The notes under the pieces were generated by a model, which saw only the letters and a program-made list of their open reading frames with translations, was not told where the DNA came from and ran no database searches. Below are positions 20,450-29,820 of a DNA stretch of 64,000 bases, piece by piece. Each line of letters opens with the position of its first letter. Position 1 is the stretch's first letter. Source of the DNA: a virus (Duplodnaviria > Caudoviricetes); IMG/VR virus record IMGVR_UViG_3300032050_000002, one strand, 5' to 3'. The translations under genes and the position numbers were made by a program.

Positions 20450-20980
20450 ATGGAATATTTGTTATATGTATTTGCAAAACACGACAAACAAGAAAAGTTT
20501 GTAACATTCTTATCTGAAGAGATTTTTATAATGACTAATGATGATGGCATTAGATATTACTACGGTCCTGAATCTGTAATATTTAAGTTCAAAAGTAATG
20601 AGAAAACTGAAGACATTGGAGATTACTTAAATAATATTCTCGGATGTTCAGGTATAGTATTTTTCTTACAACCTTATGAAAAAGGTAAGTTATATTATTG
20701 GGTTGACTCAACAGTTAATAAACATTTATTTGGAATTGAAACTAAGGATGAAATGTCAGAACAAGAAAGAAAAGAATTTCAACAGTATGTTTTTAAAAAT
20801 TTGGAATTAAATGAGATTGAGGATTGTGACGAGGACATTACTGACATCAAAGAATTCCTAAAAATAGATAAAAGTGACACACAACTAACTTTAGATGAAT
20901 TATTAGATAAGATAAACGATAAAGGAATTGAGTCATTAACAAAGAAAGAAAAAGAATTATTAAAAAACTATTCAAAATAA
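20450..20980 (+). CDS. Hypothetical protein with C-terminal DUF6576-like motif (start revised from 20429)
   Basis: LDELLDKINDKGIESLTKKEKELL; TATCTTTG at 20424-20431 overlaps the tracked start. Confidence 0.6.
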   Translation: MEYLLYVFAKHDKQEKFVTFLSEEIFIMTNDDGIRYYYGPESVIFKFKSNEKTEDIGDYLNNILGCSGIVFFLQPYEKGKLYYWVDSTVNKHLFGIETKDEMSEQERKEFQQYVFKNLELNEIEDCDEDITDIKEFLKIDKSDTQLTLDELLDKINDKGIESLTKKEKELLKNYSK

Positions 20981-20985
20981 AATAC

Positions 20986-21786
20986 ATGAAAGAAAAAAAC
21001 ACAGGAGCTCCGATTAATCAAGAAGAAATTCAACATTATCTTAAAGACATTCGTAAGATTAAAGTTATGACTCCGGACAGGGAGAAAGAGTTATCAGAAA
21101 TGATGAAATCTGAGACTTTAACCGATAAACAAAAATCGGAGATTGAGAAAGAATTATTAATCGGTAATTTAAGATTTGTTATTACAGTTGCGAAACAATA
21201 TCAAAATCAAGGTTTGGATTTTCCTGATTTAGTTGCCGAAGGTAATTTAGGTTTACTAAAGGCAATCAAAAGTTTTGATTGGTCTAAGAACTTGAGATTT
21301 ATATCATACGCTGTTTGGTGGGTTAAACAATCAATCCTACAATCTTTAAATGATAACGCAAGAACGATAAGACTACCTGTAAATGTAGTTCAAGATTTAC
21401 AAAGAGCGAAAAAAGAAGTCGAAAATACAGGAAAACAATTAGATGATAAATACACTTCATTACCAAGCATAATTAATTTAGATATGGATATTAATGAAGA
21501 TGGAGACACTTTGTTTGACATCATAAAAAATGAAGATGCCGATATGCCTGACGAAGCATTCCAAACTAAAGACTTATTAAAAAATAAATTAATGGGATTG
21601 TTAAACATATTGGATGAAAGAGAAAAGGTTATAGTTGAAGATTATTTTGGAATATCAGGAACACCAAGAACTTTAGAAGATATTGGAGGAGATTTTAATC
21701 TAACGAAAGAAAGGGTAAGACAAATAAAAGAAAAGGCTCTAAGAAAATTAAGGAACGAAAGTTCAGTATTATTTGAATATATGTAA
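20986..21786 (+). CDS. Sigma-70 family RNA polymerase sigma factor (RpoD-like, no region 1.1)
   Basis: HYLKDI (1.2), NLRFVITVAKQY, DLVAEGNLGL, YAVWWVKQSI (2), TLEDIG..FNLTKERVRQI (4.2). Confidence 0.92.
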   Translation: MKEKNTGAPINQEEIQHYLKDIRKIKVMTPDREKELSEMMKSETLTDKQKSEIEKELLIGNLRFVITVAKQYQNQGLDFPDLVAEGNLGLLKAIKSFDWSKNLRFISYAVWWVKQSILQSLNDNARTIRLPVNVVQDLQRAKKEVENTGKQLDDKYTSLPSIINLDMDINEDGDTLFDIIKNEDADMPDEAFQTKDLLKNKLMGLLNILDEREKVIVEDYFGISGTPRTLEDIGGDFNLTKERVRQIKEKALRKLRNESSVLFEYM

Positions 21787-21847
21787 AAAAACAACAAACC
21801 TTCTATTTATTATAATAGAAGGTTTTTTAATTTTAAAAAAAAATGTT

Positions 21848-22159
21848 ATGAAAAAAGTAAAAGAGTTCTTAAAGGAATATATGGATTATATTGTTTTTGT
21901 ATTGGTATTAATAATTTTTTTAAAGACCTGCAAAACAAATGGTAAGATTGAGAATGTTGAAAAGAAATTAAATACAACAACTCAAAAAGTAGATTCATTA
22001 AATGAAGGTCTTAATAGCCTTAACAATAATTTAAAAAAAGAAATTAAATTAGAAGGATTAAAAAGCGAAAAAAGAATGATTCAATCTACCGATAGAAAAA
22101 TTTTGGATGTTAATAGACAATCTGAAATTGATAAAGAGATTACAAATTTAGAAAAATAA
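21848..22159 (+). CDS. Membrane-anchored or lipoprotein-like coiled-coil protein, possible spanin (start revised)
   Basis: Hydrophobic N-terminus ending in FLKTC; TATTTAT at 21804-21810. Confidence 0.5.
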   Translation: MKKVKEFLKEYMDYIVFVLVLIIFLKTCKTNGKIENVEKKLNTTTQKVDSLNEGLNSLNNNLKKEIKLEGLKSEKRMIQSTDRKILDVNRQSEIDKEITNLEK

Positions 22160-22911
22160 TGAAACTAATATGGGAATGGATTAAAAATAATCCTAATAGG
22201 ACTATGTTTTTAGTTCCTATTCTATTAGTTGCAGGAATCTCCATTTCTCACGTTGTATCCTGGTACGATATCGCAAACCCAATTAGTTGGGCTATCTATC
22301 TTTCAATAGCAATTGAGATTGGGGCGATGTCCGCATTAGTTGCTGCAACAAACAAAATAAAAGGGGGAGTTTGGTTCATGTTTAGTTTAGTTACCTTCAT
22401 TCAAATGATAGGTAACATTTTCTTTTCATATAAAGAGATTGATGCTAACGGTGAACTATTTAAATCTTGGATGGAGTTAACAAATCCTGTTTGGGAGGCT
22501 TTAGGTTCTGACACAAGTGATGTTGTCGCATCAAAAAGATGGTTAGCGTTTTTAGAAGGAGGTTTATTACCGATTATATCCCTAACATCTTTACACTTTT
22601 TTATAAAATATGATGACGGAAAACATAAAGAAGATGAAGTTACTCCGCAAGTTGAAACTAAAATAGTTGAGGTTATAAAAGAAGTTCCCGTAGAAAAAAT
22701 TGTAGAAAAAATAGTTGAAGTTCCTGTTGACAGGGAAGTTATAGTTGAAAAAATAGTTGAGGTTCCGGTGCAAGTTAAACAAGAAGATGAAGATATTAAA
22801 AAATATTGGGAAGAAGTTGCGGAAGATTTATATGACCAAGAATTAACGGAAATAACAACTACTACAACAACTGAAGGTAAAAAAGTCTTATCATATACAA
22901 AACCTGATTAA
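22159..22911 (+). CDS. Multi-pass membrane protein with EKIVEVPV-repeat tail (holin-like candidate)
   Basis: About 4 hydrophobic helices; lies directly before the amidase. Confidence 0.55.
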   Translation: MKLIWEWIKNNPNRTMFLVPILLVAGISISHVVSWYDIANPISWAIYLSIAIEIGAMSALVAATNKIKGGVWFMFSLVTFIQMIGNIFFSYKEIDANGELFKSWMELTNPVWEALGSDTSDVVASKRWLAFLEGGLLPIISLTSLHFFIKYDDGKHKEDEVTPQVETKIVEVIKEVPVEKIVEKIVEVPVDREVIVEKIVEVPVQVKQEDEDIKKYWEEVAEDLYDQELTEITTTTTTEGKKVLSYTKPD

Positions 22912-22928
22912 AAAAATAATAATGATTA

Positions 22929-23528
22929 TTGATGCTCGATATTATAAAATACGGGGAATTTAAACCTACAGGAAAACAAAAGAAAAAGCATCAAATAATC
23001 CTATCACACACATCAAGACCGGCAAACGAATATCTACTTTCATTAAAGTATCGTTATAACGGTAAATTTCCAAGAATACCTAATTATGTAATCACAAGAG
23101 ACGGGAAGGTTTTAGAGACTCTATCTCCAACAGAACATACTAGTTTTTTTACAGAGCCAAATATAAATAGAAATTCTATAATAATAGTTTTAGAAAATTT
23201 AGGTTGGATACAAAAAGAACCGCTAAAAGATTATTACGTTAACTGGAATGGTGATATTTATAATGGTATAGTGTTCGAGAAAAAATGGAGAGATTATTTC
23301 TTTTGGCATCCTTACACAACAAGTCAGTTGGAATTAACTGCTAAGTTATGTAATAAGTTATTTAAAGAAATGTCAATTAACAATAAAGTAATTGGTCACA
23401 ATACAAGAATAAATGGAATAGATAAATTTGAAGGTGTGGTAACAAGAAGTAATTTTGATGTAAATTATACTGATGTTAGTCCGGCTTTTAATTTTGAAGA
23501 ATTTTTAAAATATATTGAACATGAATAA
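22929..23528 (+). CDS. N-acetylmuramoyl-L-alanine amidase (Amidase_2-like endolysin)
   Basis: ILSHTS, NYVITRDGKV, NRNSIIIVLEN, IGHN, DVSPAF. Confidence 0.75.
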   Translation: MMLDIIKYGEFKPTGKQKKKHQIILSHTSRPANEYLLSLKYRYNGKFPRIPNYVITRDGKVLETLSPTEHTSFFTEPNINRNSIIIVLENLGWIQKEPLKDYYVNWNGDIYNGIVFEKKWRDYFFWHPYTTSQLELTAKLCNKLFKEMSINNKVIGHNTRINGIDKFEGVVTRSNFDVNYTDVSPAFNFEEFLKYIEHE

Positions 23529-24153
23529 TTCATTTGACGAAATTAAAAAATTATTAAACGCATCAAGAACAATGCTTTCAGGTCCTAAAGGGATACAAGA
23601 AAGTAATAGAATAAAAAAACAATATGGATTGTTAACAGAACAAGGAGTTGACATGACAGATGATGACAGGTTAACAAAATTAAATCCTGCTAAATCAGTT
23701 GAAGATTCAATCGAAGACGATTATGAGGTATTTGATGATGGTAAAGATAAAGAAACGACTTCAAAAGATAAAAAACAAGGGTATAGAATATCTGGCGGGA
23801 TTATGGTTTTACACGGCAAAGACCAAACAGAACTTGAATTAACCACTGATGAGAAAACCGCGTTCCAAGAGACTATGGATGAATTTGTTAGTGAAGTATC
23901 AGATATGTCTGAATTTAATAAACTGAATCTATACACAAATAATGTAGAGTGGTCAGGTAAAATAATTGATATGGATGTTGATTTTTACATGTCAATAGGT
24001 GAAAAAAATGGTGTTTATATCAATTCAAAAATGATAAAAGTTGACGATGAATTAATTGAGGTATTAAATAAACTAAGAGCTTATTATGAAAAGTTTAAAT
24101 CTAAGTGGGCATTAATTATCGCATCTAGAAAGAAAACAAAAAAATCTGAATAA
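23515..24153 (+). CDS. Hypothetical protein, probably head-associated
   Basis: EIKKLL..LLTEQ N-terminus; late operon. Confidence 0.65.
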   Translation: MNMNNSFDEIKKLLNASRTMLSGPKGIQESNRIKKQYGLLTEQGVDMTDDDRLTKLNPAKSVEDSIEDDYEVFDDGKDKETTSKDKKQGYRISGGIMVLHGKDQTELELTTDEKTAFQETMDEFVSEVSDMSEFNKLNLYTNNVEWSGKIIDMDVDFYMSIGEKNGVYINSKMIKVDDELIEVLNKLRAYYEKFKSKWALIIASRKKTKKSE

Positions 24154-24776
24154 TGAATAGTTTAAAAAATTTTGATTTGAAATTTATCCTAATTATATTA
24201 TTGATAGGAGTTATTTTTTTTATGAGAATGTGTGGCGACGGTAAACAAGACCCACCTAACATAATAAATGTTGATGGTAAAAAATATCAAGTTATTAAAA
24301 GAATTGTGGACACTCAATATGTTAAAACAAGTCAAACAATTTATAAGGAAGGTAAAACAATATATGTTGAAACTCCGATTTATATTGATGTTCCGGCTAA
24401 GGTTGATACTGGGTCAATACTAAAAGACTACTTTGCCAAATACACATATAAAGACACTTTAAAATTAAAAGATAGTTTAGGTTACATATTTTTAACTGAC
24501 ACTATTACTAAGAATAAAATACTTAATAGAACCTTTAAGGCTGATATTAACAAAATTATTATTAAAGATTCTGTTATTGTTAGACCATTTGAAAATCAAT
24601 TTTTTATTGGAGGTGCAGCAGGACTTGACAAAGTAAATGTGGTTAATTTTGTGGGGCCTTCATTTATGTTAAAAACTAAACAAGATAGAGTTTTTACTTT
24701 AGGAATAGGATATAGTAATACAAAAACTATTTCTTTCCAATTAGGAACTTATTGGAATATTAAATTCAAAAAATGA
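24153..24776 (+). CDS. Membrane-anchored or lipoprotein-like protein (spanin-like candidate)
   Basis: Hydrophobic N-terminus followed by Cys (FFMRMCG); beta-rich C-terminus. Confidence 0.5.
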   Translation: MNSLKNFDLKFILIILLIGVIFFMRMCGDGKQDPPNIINVDGKKYQVIKRIVDTQYVKTSQTIYKEGKTIYVETPIYIDVPAKVDTGSILKDYFAKYTYKDTLKLKDSLGYIFLTDTITKNKILNRTFKADINKIIIKDSVIVRPFENQFFIGGAAGLDKVNVVNFVGPSFMLKTKQDRVFTLGIGYSNTKTISFQLGTYWNIKFKK

Positions 24777-25846
24777 AAAAATTAAGAGAAACGGCATCAT
24801 CTGTTAAAGACTCATTTAATGTAGAATTAAGTAAATTAGGGTTAGAACCTAGTTTAGAAACCTCAATGGCCTCCCAAGAAATGAAAACAGGATTAAATAT
24901 TCCTGTTGAAGAAGAAATAATTTTAAAAAAACCTATAAAAAAAGGAATATCTGATAAACTTGTTGGTAAAGATAAAATGAAAACACCAATAGGTAAATTA
25001 TATTCTATTGGTAAATCAGAAAATAAAGAAGCTACAGGTGCTGGTGCCGGTGTTGGAGCCTATAACGCGCCACTATTCACAACCACAAAAAGAGAAATGG
25101 AAGAAAAATGGTCTCAAAAATATAAAAACAGTATTGATTGTAATAACCCTAAAGGATTCAGCCAAAGAGCTCATTGCCAAGGTAAAAAGAAAAAACAAGT
25201 TTCGGAAGAAAAGTTAAAAGGTGGAAAGGCCGATAATAAATCTTTTGAAGATTTAGTTAAAAAAAACAAACGTAAAGGTAAAGATAATAGTGTTGTTGAA
25301 AAAGAATTAAAAAATCAACTTAATAAAGGAATGAAAGTTGAAATGGAACATACCAAAGACAAACAAAGAGCCAAAGAAATTGCTATGGACCATTTGTTTG
25401 AAGACCCAAAGTATTATGATAAGTTAGAAAAAATTGAGACTAAAGAATCTTTAGGGAGTCATTTAGGTAAAGTTGCATTTAAAGATAGTGATTTCGTTAG
25501 AAAAAGTTTAAAAGAAAAACCAAAAAAAACTGAAACTAAAGAGGCAACAGGAGCGTCTTCTGCCGGGGCTTATGTTACAACTGCCGCATGGGCAAAATCA
25601 ACAAAGAAAAAAGATTGGAGAGGGAAGTCTAAAACTCAAATACCTGGAGGAAAATTCGTCCAAGTTAAAGAGAAATGTAAGAAATTTCCTTATTGTAATC
25701 AAGGAGATATTAACGCTCTTAATATTTTTGAAAATGAAACTTTAAAAAAGGTAATTACTAAGATTAGTGAGAAACATAATATTAGTGAAAACACAATTAA
25801 AAGAATTATATACCAAGAATATCAGAAAAAGATTTCAAACAAATAA
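24773..25846 (+). CDS. Modular head-associated protein with DUF5661-like segment
   Basis: LKGGKAD..GMKVEMEHT..AKEIAMDHL.EDPKYYDKL; KWSQKYK.SIDCNNPKGFSQRAHC; two KEATGA motifs. Confidence 0.6.
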   Translation: MKKLRETASSVKDSFNVELSKLGLEPSLETSMASQEMKTGLNIPVEEEIILKKPIKKGISDKLVGKDKMKTPIGKLYSIGKSENKEATGAGAGVGAYNAPLFTTTKREMEEKWSQKYKNSIDCNNPKGFSQRAHCQGKKKKQVSEEKLKGGKADNKSFEDLVKKNKRKGKDNSVVEKELKNQLNKGMKVEMEHTKDKQRAKEIAMDHLFEDPKYYDKLEKIETKESLGSHLGKVAFKDSDFVRKSLKEKPKKTETKEATGASSAGAYVTTAAWAKSTKKKDWRGKSKTQIPGGKFVQVKEKCKKFPYCNQGDINALNIFENETLKKVITKISEKHNISENTIKRIIYQEYQKKISNK

Positions 25847-25879
25847 AACTTATAAGATATTTATTAATAAAAAATTATC

Positions 25880-27433
25880 ATGAAAAATAGGAATATAAAT
25901 AAAATCGTATCTAAAGTTCTTAAAGAAACTTTGGAAGATAAAATTGAAGGTATCGAATCTGAAATTGAAAATATGAATGAATTAGAGGAAAGTCATGACG
26001 ACCCATTTATATATCAATATACCGGTGGTAAAAAATATAACCCTATTGATTACAAAGAAATACCACTAGGTAAAGGTGAAATAGGTATTGACCAAGATAT
26101 GTTAGATAGAAATACTGGAGTAACAATTGAAAAAGATTTTACTGATGAGTTTTTAAATCAAATGGATTTAAGAGATTTGTTAGGCGATGATGGCATTACT
26201 GGAAGTGATGACGATGATGACTTTGAACCAATAGCAGAAGGAAAAGAAATGTGTGAACAATGTGGTAAAGGTTCTATTATGGAAGGAGAATGTTCTGAGT
26301 GTGGATATAAAATGGAATCTAGTATGGATGAAAATATACATAAAACACTTAAATTTAATAAAAAAAATAAATTTGATTATATTGAAGAAGATACTTTAGA
26401 TTTTGAAGATTTTGATTCTGACCCAATAAAACCAAATGTTGAAGGATGTAAAGCGACTATGGAAATTATGCGTAGAGGCGAAGATTGTCCTCATTGTGAA
26501 GAGATTTTAAAAAACTATAACTGCGATGCTTTAAATGAATCTTTATCTAGAAGACAGAAAAAATATTTAGACAAAAATAAAAATAATAAAATAGATTCTG
26601 AAGATTTCAAACTTTTAAGAAAAGGTAAGAAAAAAGAAACTAAAGAAGGTAAGAAATTTCCTGATTTAAGTGGTGATGGTAAAGTAACAAGAAAAGACAT
26701 CTTAATGGGTAGAGGAGTTAAATTTGGTAAGAAAAAAAATAAAGTTAAAGAGTCTGTTGAATTAACAGAAGAAGAAATGATTGATTTGATTGAAAACATT
26801 GTTAATGAACAAAAATCTAAAGAAACTAAGTTAAGACCTATTGGTAAACCAAGAGGACTTGAGACATACGAAAAGGCTCATAAAGGTTCTGGTAAAGAAA
26901 ACGAAGATTATATTAAATCTGTCGCTAAGAAAATGAAAGAGTATCTTAAAGATGGCTCAAAAGCGGAATATTCAGATAAACCTAAACACTTCCCAAAAGG
27001 TAACGGTCAATTAGCTAAGATGAAAACGACAAAGTACTCAATGTCAGATAAAGCTGGTGAATTTTTAGATGATTACTTTAGACCGGGTATGGAAAATTTA
27101 GATTATGATGAAATTCACCCAAATGAAGATTGGATGAAAGATAATATAGAAGGTTCTTCTAAAACAGGTAATAATCCTAAATGGGCTAACGCGGAAGAAA
27201 CTGAATTAGGTAAAAAAATTAACAAAAAAAGAAAAGAAAATAAATACGCAAAGGCTAAAAGAAAAGCGTATAATAAATCGCCACAACCTATTATTTCTGA
27301 CGAAGTAGGTAATGAGGATGGAGATGGAGTAAATATGACATTAGAATCTGAAAATATTAAACAACTTAAAATGTTAAACGAAGAGTTTTCAAGAATAAAT
27401 AACTTAATGTCTTATAATCGTAAAACTCAATAA
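25880..27433 (+). CDS. Acidic/basic scaffold-like head protein with EF-hand/dockerin-like loops
   Basis: LDKNKNNKIDSEDF, PDLSGDGKVTRKD, CEQC..CSEC; TATTTAT at 25858-25864. Confidence 0.55.
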   Translation: MKNRNINKIVSKVLKETLEDKIEGIESEIENMNELEESHDDPFIYQYTGGKKYNPIDYKEIPLGKGEIGIDQDMLDRNTGVTIEKDFTDEFLNQMDLRDLLGDDGITGSDDDDDFEPIAEGKEMCEQCGKGSIMEGECSECGYKMESSMDENIHKTLKFNKKNKFDYIEEDTLDFEDFDSDPIKPNVEGCKATMEIMRRGEDCPHCEEILKNYNCDALNESLSRRQKKYLDKNKNNKIDSEDFKLLRKGKKKETKEGKKFPDLSGDGKVTRKDILMGRGVKFGKKKNKVKESVELTEEEMIDLIENIVNEQKSKETKLRPIGKPRGLETYEKAHKGSGKENEDYIKSVAKKMKEYLKDGSKAEYSDKPKHFPKGNGQLAKMKTTKYSMSDKAGEFLDDYFRPGMENLDYDEIHPNEDWMKDNIEGSSKTGNNPKWANAEETELGKKINKKRKENKYAKAKRKAYNKSPQPIISDEVGNEDGDGVNMTLESENIKQLKMLNEEFSRINNLMSYNRKTQ

Positions 27434-27482
27434 TACACATTTAAATTAATTCACCTATTATTTCTCCATAAGACAAAATCTT

Positions 27483-27950
27483 ATGGAGAATTTTTTTAAC
27501 TATATAACAAAGCCATTAAATCCTGAAGATGTTGATTTGTGGTTTAGAATCAACAATGTTATTCCTGAAAAATTAGAATTGTTTTCTGATTTTTCACAAT
27601 CTTTAAATTTAATAATATGTGAAACATATTTAGGTGAAGAATTAAAATCTAATGAAACAAAAATTACTCTATCTAATGAAGATAATGAAAAACATTTTAG
27701 TTGGTGTTGGAATAAAACAATAGATAATTTTAAAAAAGAAAATCTTACTTTTGAAAACAATGGTGAGCATTATGAGTACTTTAAATCGTTTTTCGAAGAG
27801 ATATTTTATAATCAAAAAGAAAAAGTGGTTAGAGATTCAATTAATAATTTTTTTAATGATTTATTTGATTTGAACAAACCATTCACTAAATCTGATTTGG
27901 ACATGATTTCAGCAATATACAAACTATTAGATAAAAATTTGAAAAAATAA
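27483..27950 (+). CDS. Hypothetical protein
   Basis: 155-aa ORF. Confidence 0.75.
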   Translation: MENFFNYITKPLNPEDVDLWFRINNVIPEKLELFSDFSQSLNLIICETYLGEELKSNETKITLSNEDNEKHFSWCWNKTIDNFKKENLTFENNGEHYEYFKSFFEEIFYNQKEKVVRDSINNFFNDLFDLNKPFTKSDLDMISAIYKLLDKNLKK

Positions 27951-28031
27951 AAAAACCTTATTATTATTTACAATAAACAAAAAAAATTTATGTTTTAATA
28001 TAACATAAAATAAACAAACAGTTAAGATAAA

Positions 28032-28208
28032 ATGGAAACACTAGAAAAAATCAAAACTATGACTGAAGAATTATCAGTTGACGCTGCTAAATTTTTTAAA
28101 GGTAATAACAGTGCTGGAACTAGAGCAAGAAAAACCTGTCAAGAAATTAAAGACCTATTACAAACTTTAAGAAAAGAAATTTTAGAGCACAGAAAAACCG
28201 AGAAATAA
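28032..28208 (+). CDS. Histone H1-like Hc1-family nucleoid protein (58 aa, not in ORF track)
   Basis: METLEKIKTMTEELSVDAAKFFKGNNSAGTRARKTCQEIKDLLQTLRKEILEHRKTEK contains the KF..GN.SAGTRARK motif. Confidence 0.8.
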   Translation: METLEKIKTMTEELSVDAAKFFKGNNSAGTRARKTCQEIKDLLQTLRKEILEHRKTEK

Positions 28209-28396
28209 TGTTTAACATGGACTCAGCATACCTATTCTTGTTTATATTTTCAATTCTTAGTGTGTTGAGAGTGGTTTTTAAATTTGTAAGTTCCCTATTA
28301 CAAGACCCACCACAAAGATTGGTTCTTAGTGGTTGGGAACTTATTTTTATCGGTTTATCCATATCTTATTGTTTAACTTACTTAATAAAAATATAA
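28208..28396 (+). CDS. Small two-TM membrane protein
   Basis: Two hydrophobic segments; ATG overlaps the upstream TAA. Confidence 0.7.
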   Translation: MFNMDSAYLFLFIFSILSVLRVVFKFVSSLLQDPPQRLVLSGWELIFIGLSISYCLTYLIKI

Positions 28397-28399
28397 AAA

Positions 28400-28828
28400 A
28401 TGAGTTTATATAAAGAAATTTCAAAATTATTACCCCATCTACAATCAGTACGAAAAATAAAAGATTATTTAAGTATTGACGTATCTTTCCCTAAATCTTG
28501 GAAATTACCAAAAAAGTTTGTTGAGGAAGATAAGATAATGGAACAACAATCACCAAATCCTGAAGAAAGATTAATTTCTTTTGTTTCAGAAATAGATGAA
28601 ATTACAATTGATAATTGTCTAACAAACATTCAAAATATTATTCAATATAATAGAGAAAGAGAAGAGAAAGAAAGATTGTTTGATGAAAAAGTGAAAGAAT
28701 TAAAAATTGTTTTTGAAAAACAAACTTTAAAAGAATTACAAGATTTAAAGTTTAATATTAAAAATAAAAAAGTTCAATTAGAAGATAATGAAGAAGAAAT
28801 CAGAACAGCTAAATTGGTTGAAAAGTGA
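28400..28828 (+). CDS. Hypothetical protein
   Basis: ORF in operon. Confidence 0.75.
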   Translation: MSLYKEISKLLPHLQSVRKIKDYLSIDVSFPKSWKLPKKFVEEDKIMEQQSPNPEERLISFVSEIDEITIDNCLTNIQNIIQYNREREEKERLFDEKVKELKIVFEKQTLKELQDLKFNIKNKKVQLEDNEEEIRTAKLVEK

Positions 28829-28976
28829 AGTTGAAAAAGATAATCGACAATTATCCAAAGAAAAGGAAGATTTTATTAAACAAATAAAATCAATAAAAAA
28901 AGATAACATAATTAAAGAACAACCAAAACAAAAACTAAGTATATGGCAAAGAATAATAAAGGTGTTAACGAATTAG
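28788..28976 (+). CDS. Small hypothetical protein
   Basis: ORF overlapping its neighbours. Confidence 0.6.
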   Translation: MKKKSEQLNWLKSEVEKDNRQLSKEKEDFIKQIKSIKKDNIIKEQPKQKLSIWQRIIKVLTN

Positions 28977-29194
28977 TTGAAAGATTGGCGGTATTATCAG
29001 ATTCTGTGGACAAATTCTTTCCAAACGGGAAGAAAATGGTTGTTTTTGAATTAAACAAAAATGAATTTGAAAATGCCAAAATACAATTTGGTATGATTGG
29101 AGGCGATGTTAAAAGATTTAATGTTGATATGTCAGGAATTGAAATTATCTTTATTGAAGATGGGTTGTTGAATACCGAAGAAGGTAATTCTTAG
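28943..29194 (+). CDS. Small hypothetical protein
   Basis: ORF in operon. Confidence 0.6.
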   Translation: MAKNNKGVNELVERLAVLSDSVDKFFPNGKKMVVFELNKNEFENAKIQFGMIGGDVKRFNVDMSGIEIIFIEDGLLNTEEGNS

Positions 29195-29786
29195 GAAATC
29201 CTTTTTCAACTAATATATTATATAAATATTTTCTTTGAGCGGTTGAAACATCTTTAACCAACAAAACATTACCCTTATTCTCTTTCATTAGTACTTCTGA
29301 TAAACTATCTACAAACCTATCAGAATCATAAACATTCTTCAATGTAAAAAGCTTAAAATTTTCATCTTCTTGAAGAATAATCTTGTTATTTAGTTTTGAA
29401 ACCATTTTATAACCACCAGTTAAATGTTTTTTAATAAATTCATTTAAAGATAATTTTTTTTTCTTTTCGTAATCTAAAATATATTCTTCGGGATAATAAC
29501 GATTTATTCTTACAATTTTATAATCAGAATCTTCTAACTCTATTTTAATCTGTCTACCAAATTCATCTTTCATATAGATATTATCATTAGACGTGCCCAA
29601 TTCTAATAACGCTAATTCATAGGTACATTCAAAACCATTTTCATATTTTTTATAGAACTTAGTATCGTTACTATTTTTAATCAATAATTCATAATAATCA
29701 ACGGCTCGTTTATTAGTTTTAAATTTATTGATTATTTTCTTTTTTATTTTATTCTTAAAAAGAACAATAATATAATTGTGATTCAT
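29151..29786 (-). CDS. Hypothetical protein
   Basis: 211-aa ORF. Confidence 0.75.
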   Translation of the reverse strand: MNHNYIIVLFKNKIKKKIINKFKTNKRAVDYYELLIKNSNDTKFYKKYENGFECTYELALLELGTSNDNIYMKDEFGRQIKIELEDSDYKIVRINRYYPEEYILDYEKKKKLSLNEFIKKHLTGGYKMVSKLNNKIILQEDENFKLFTLKNVYDSDRFVDSLSEVLMKENKGNVLLVKDVSTAQRKYLYNILVEKGFPKNYLLRYSTTHLQ

Positions 29787-29820
29787 ATTAAATAAATTAT
29801 GACCCTATAATAATAAGTAA

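Noticed and set aside
12956-21786. Inteins or group I introns in primase, SbcC or sigma
   Set aside because: No extra-length insertions, C/S...HN-C/S/T splice motifs or interrupted frames
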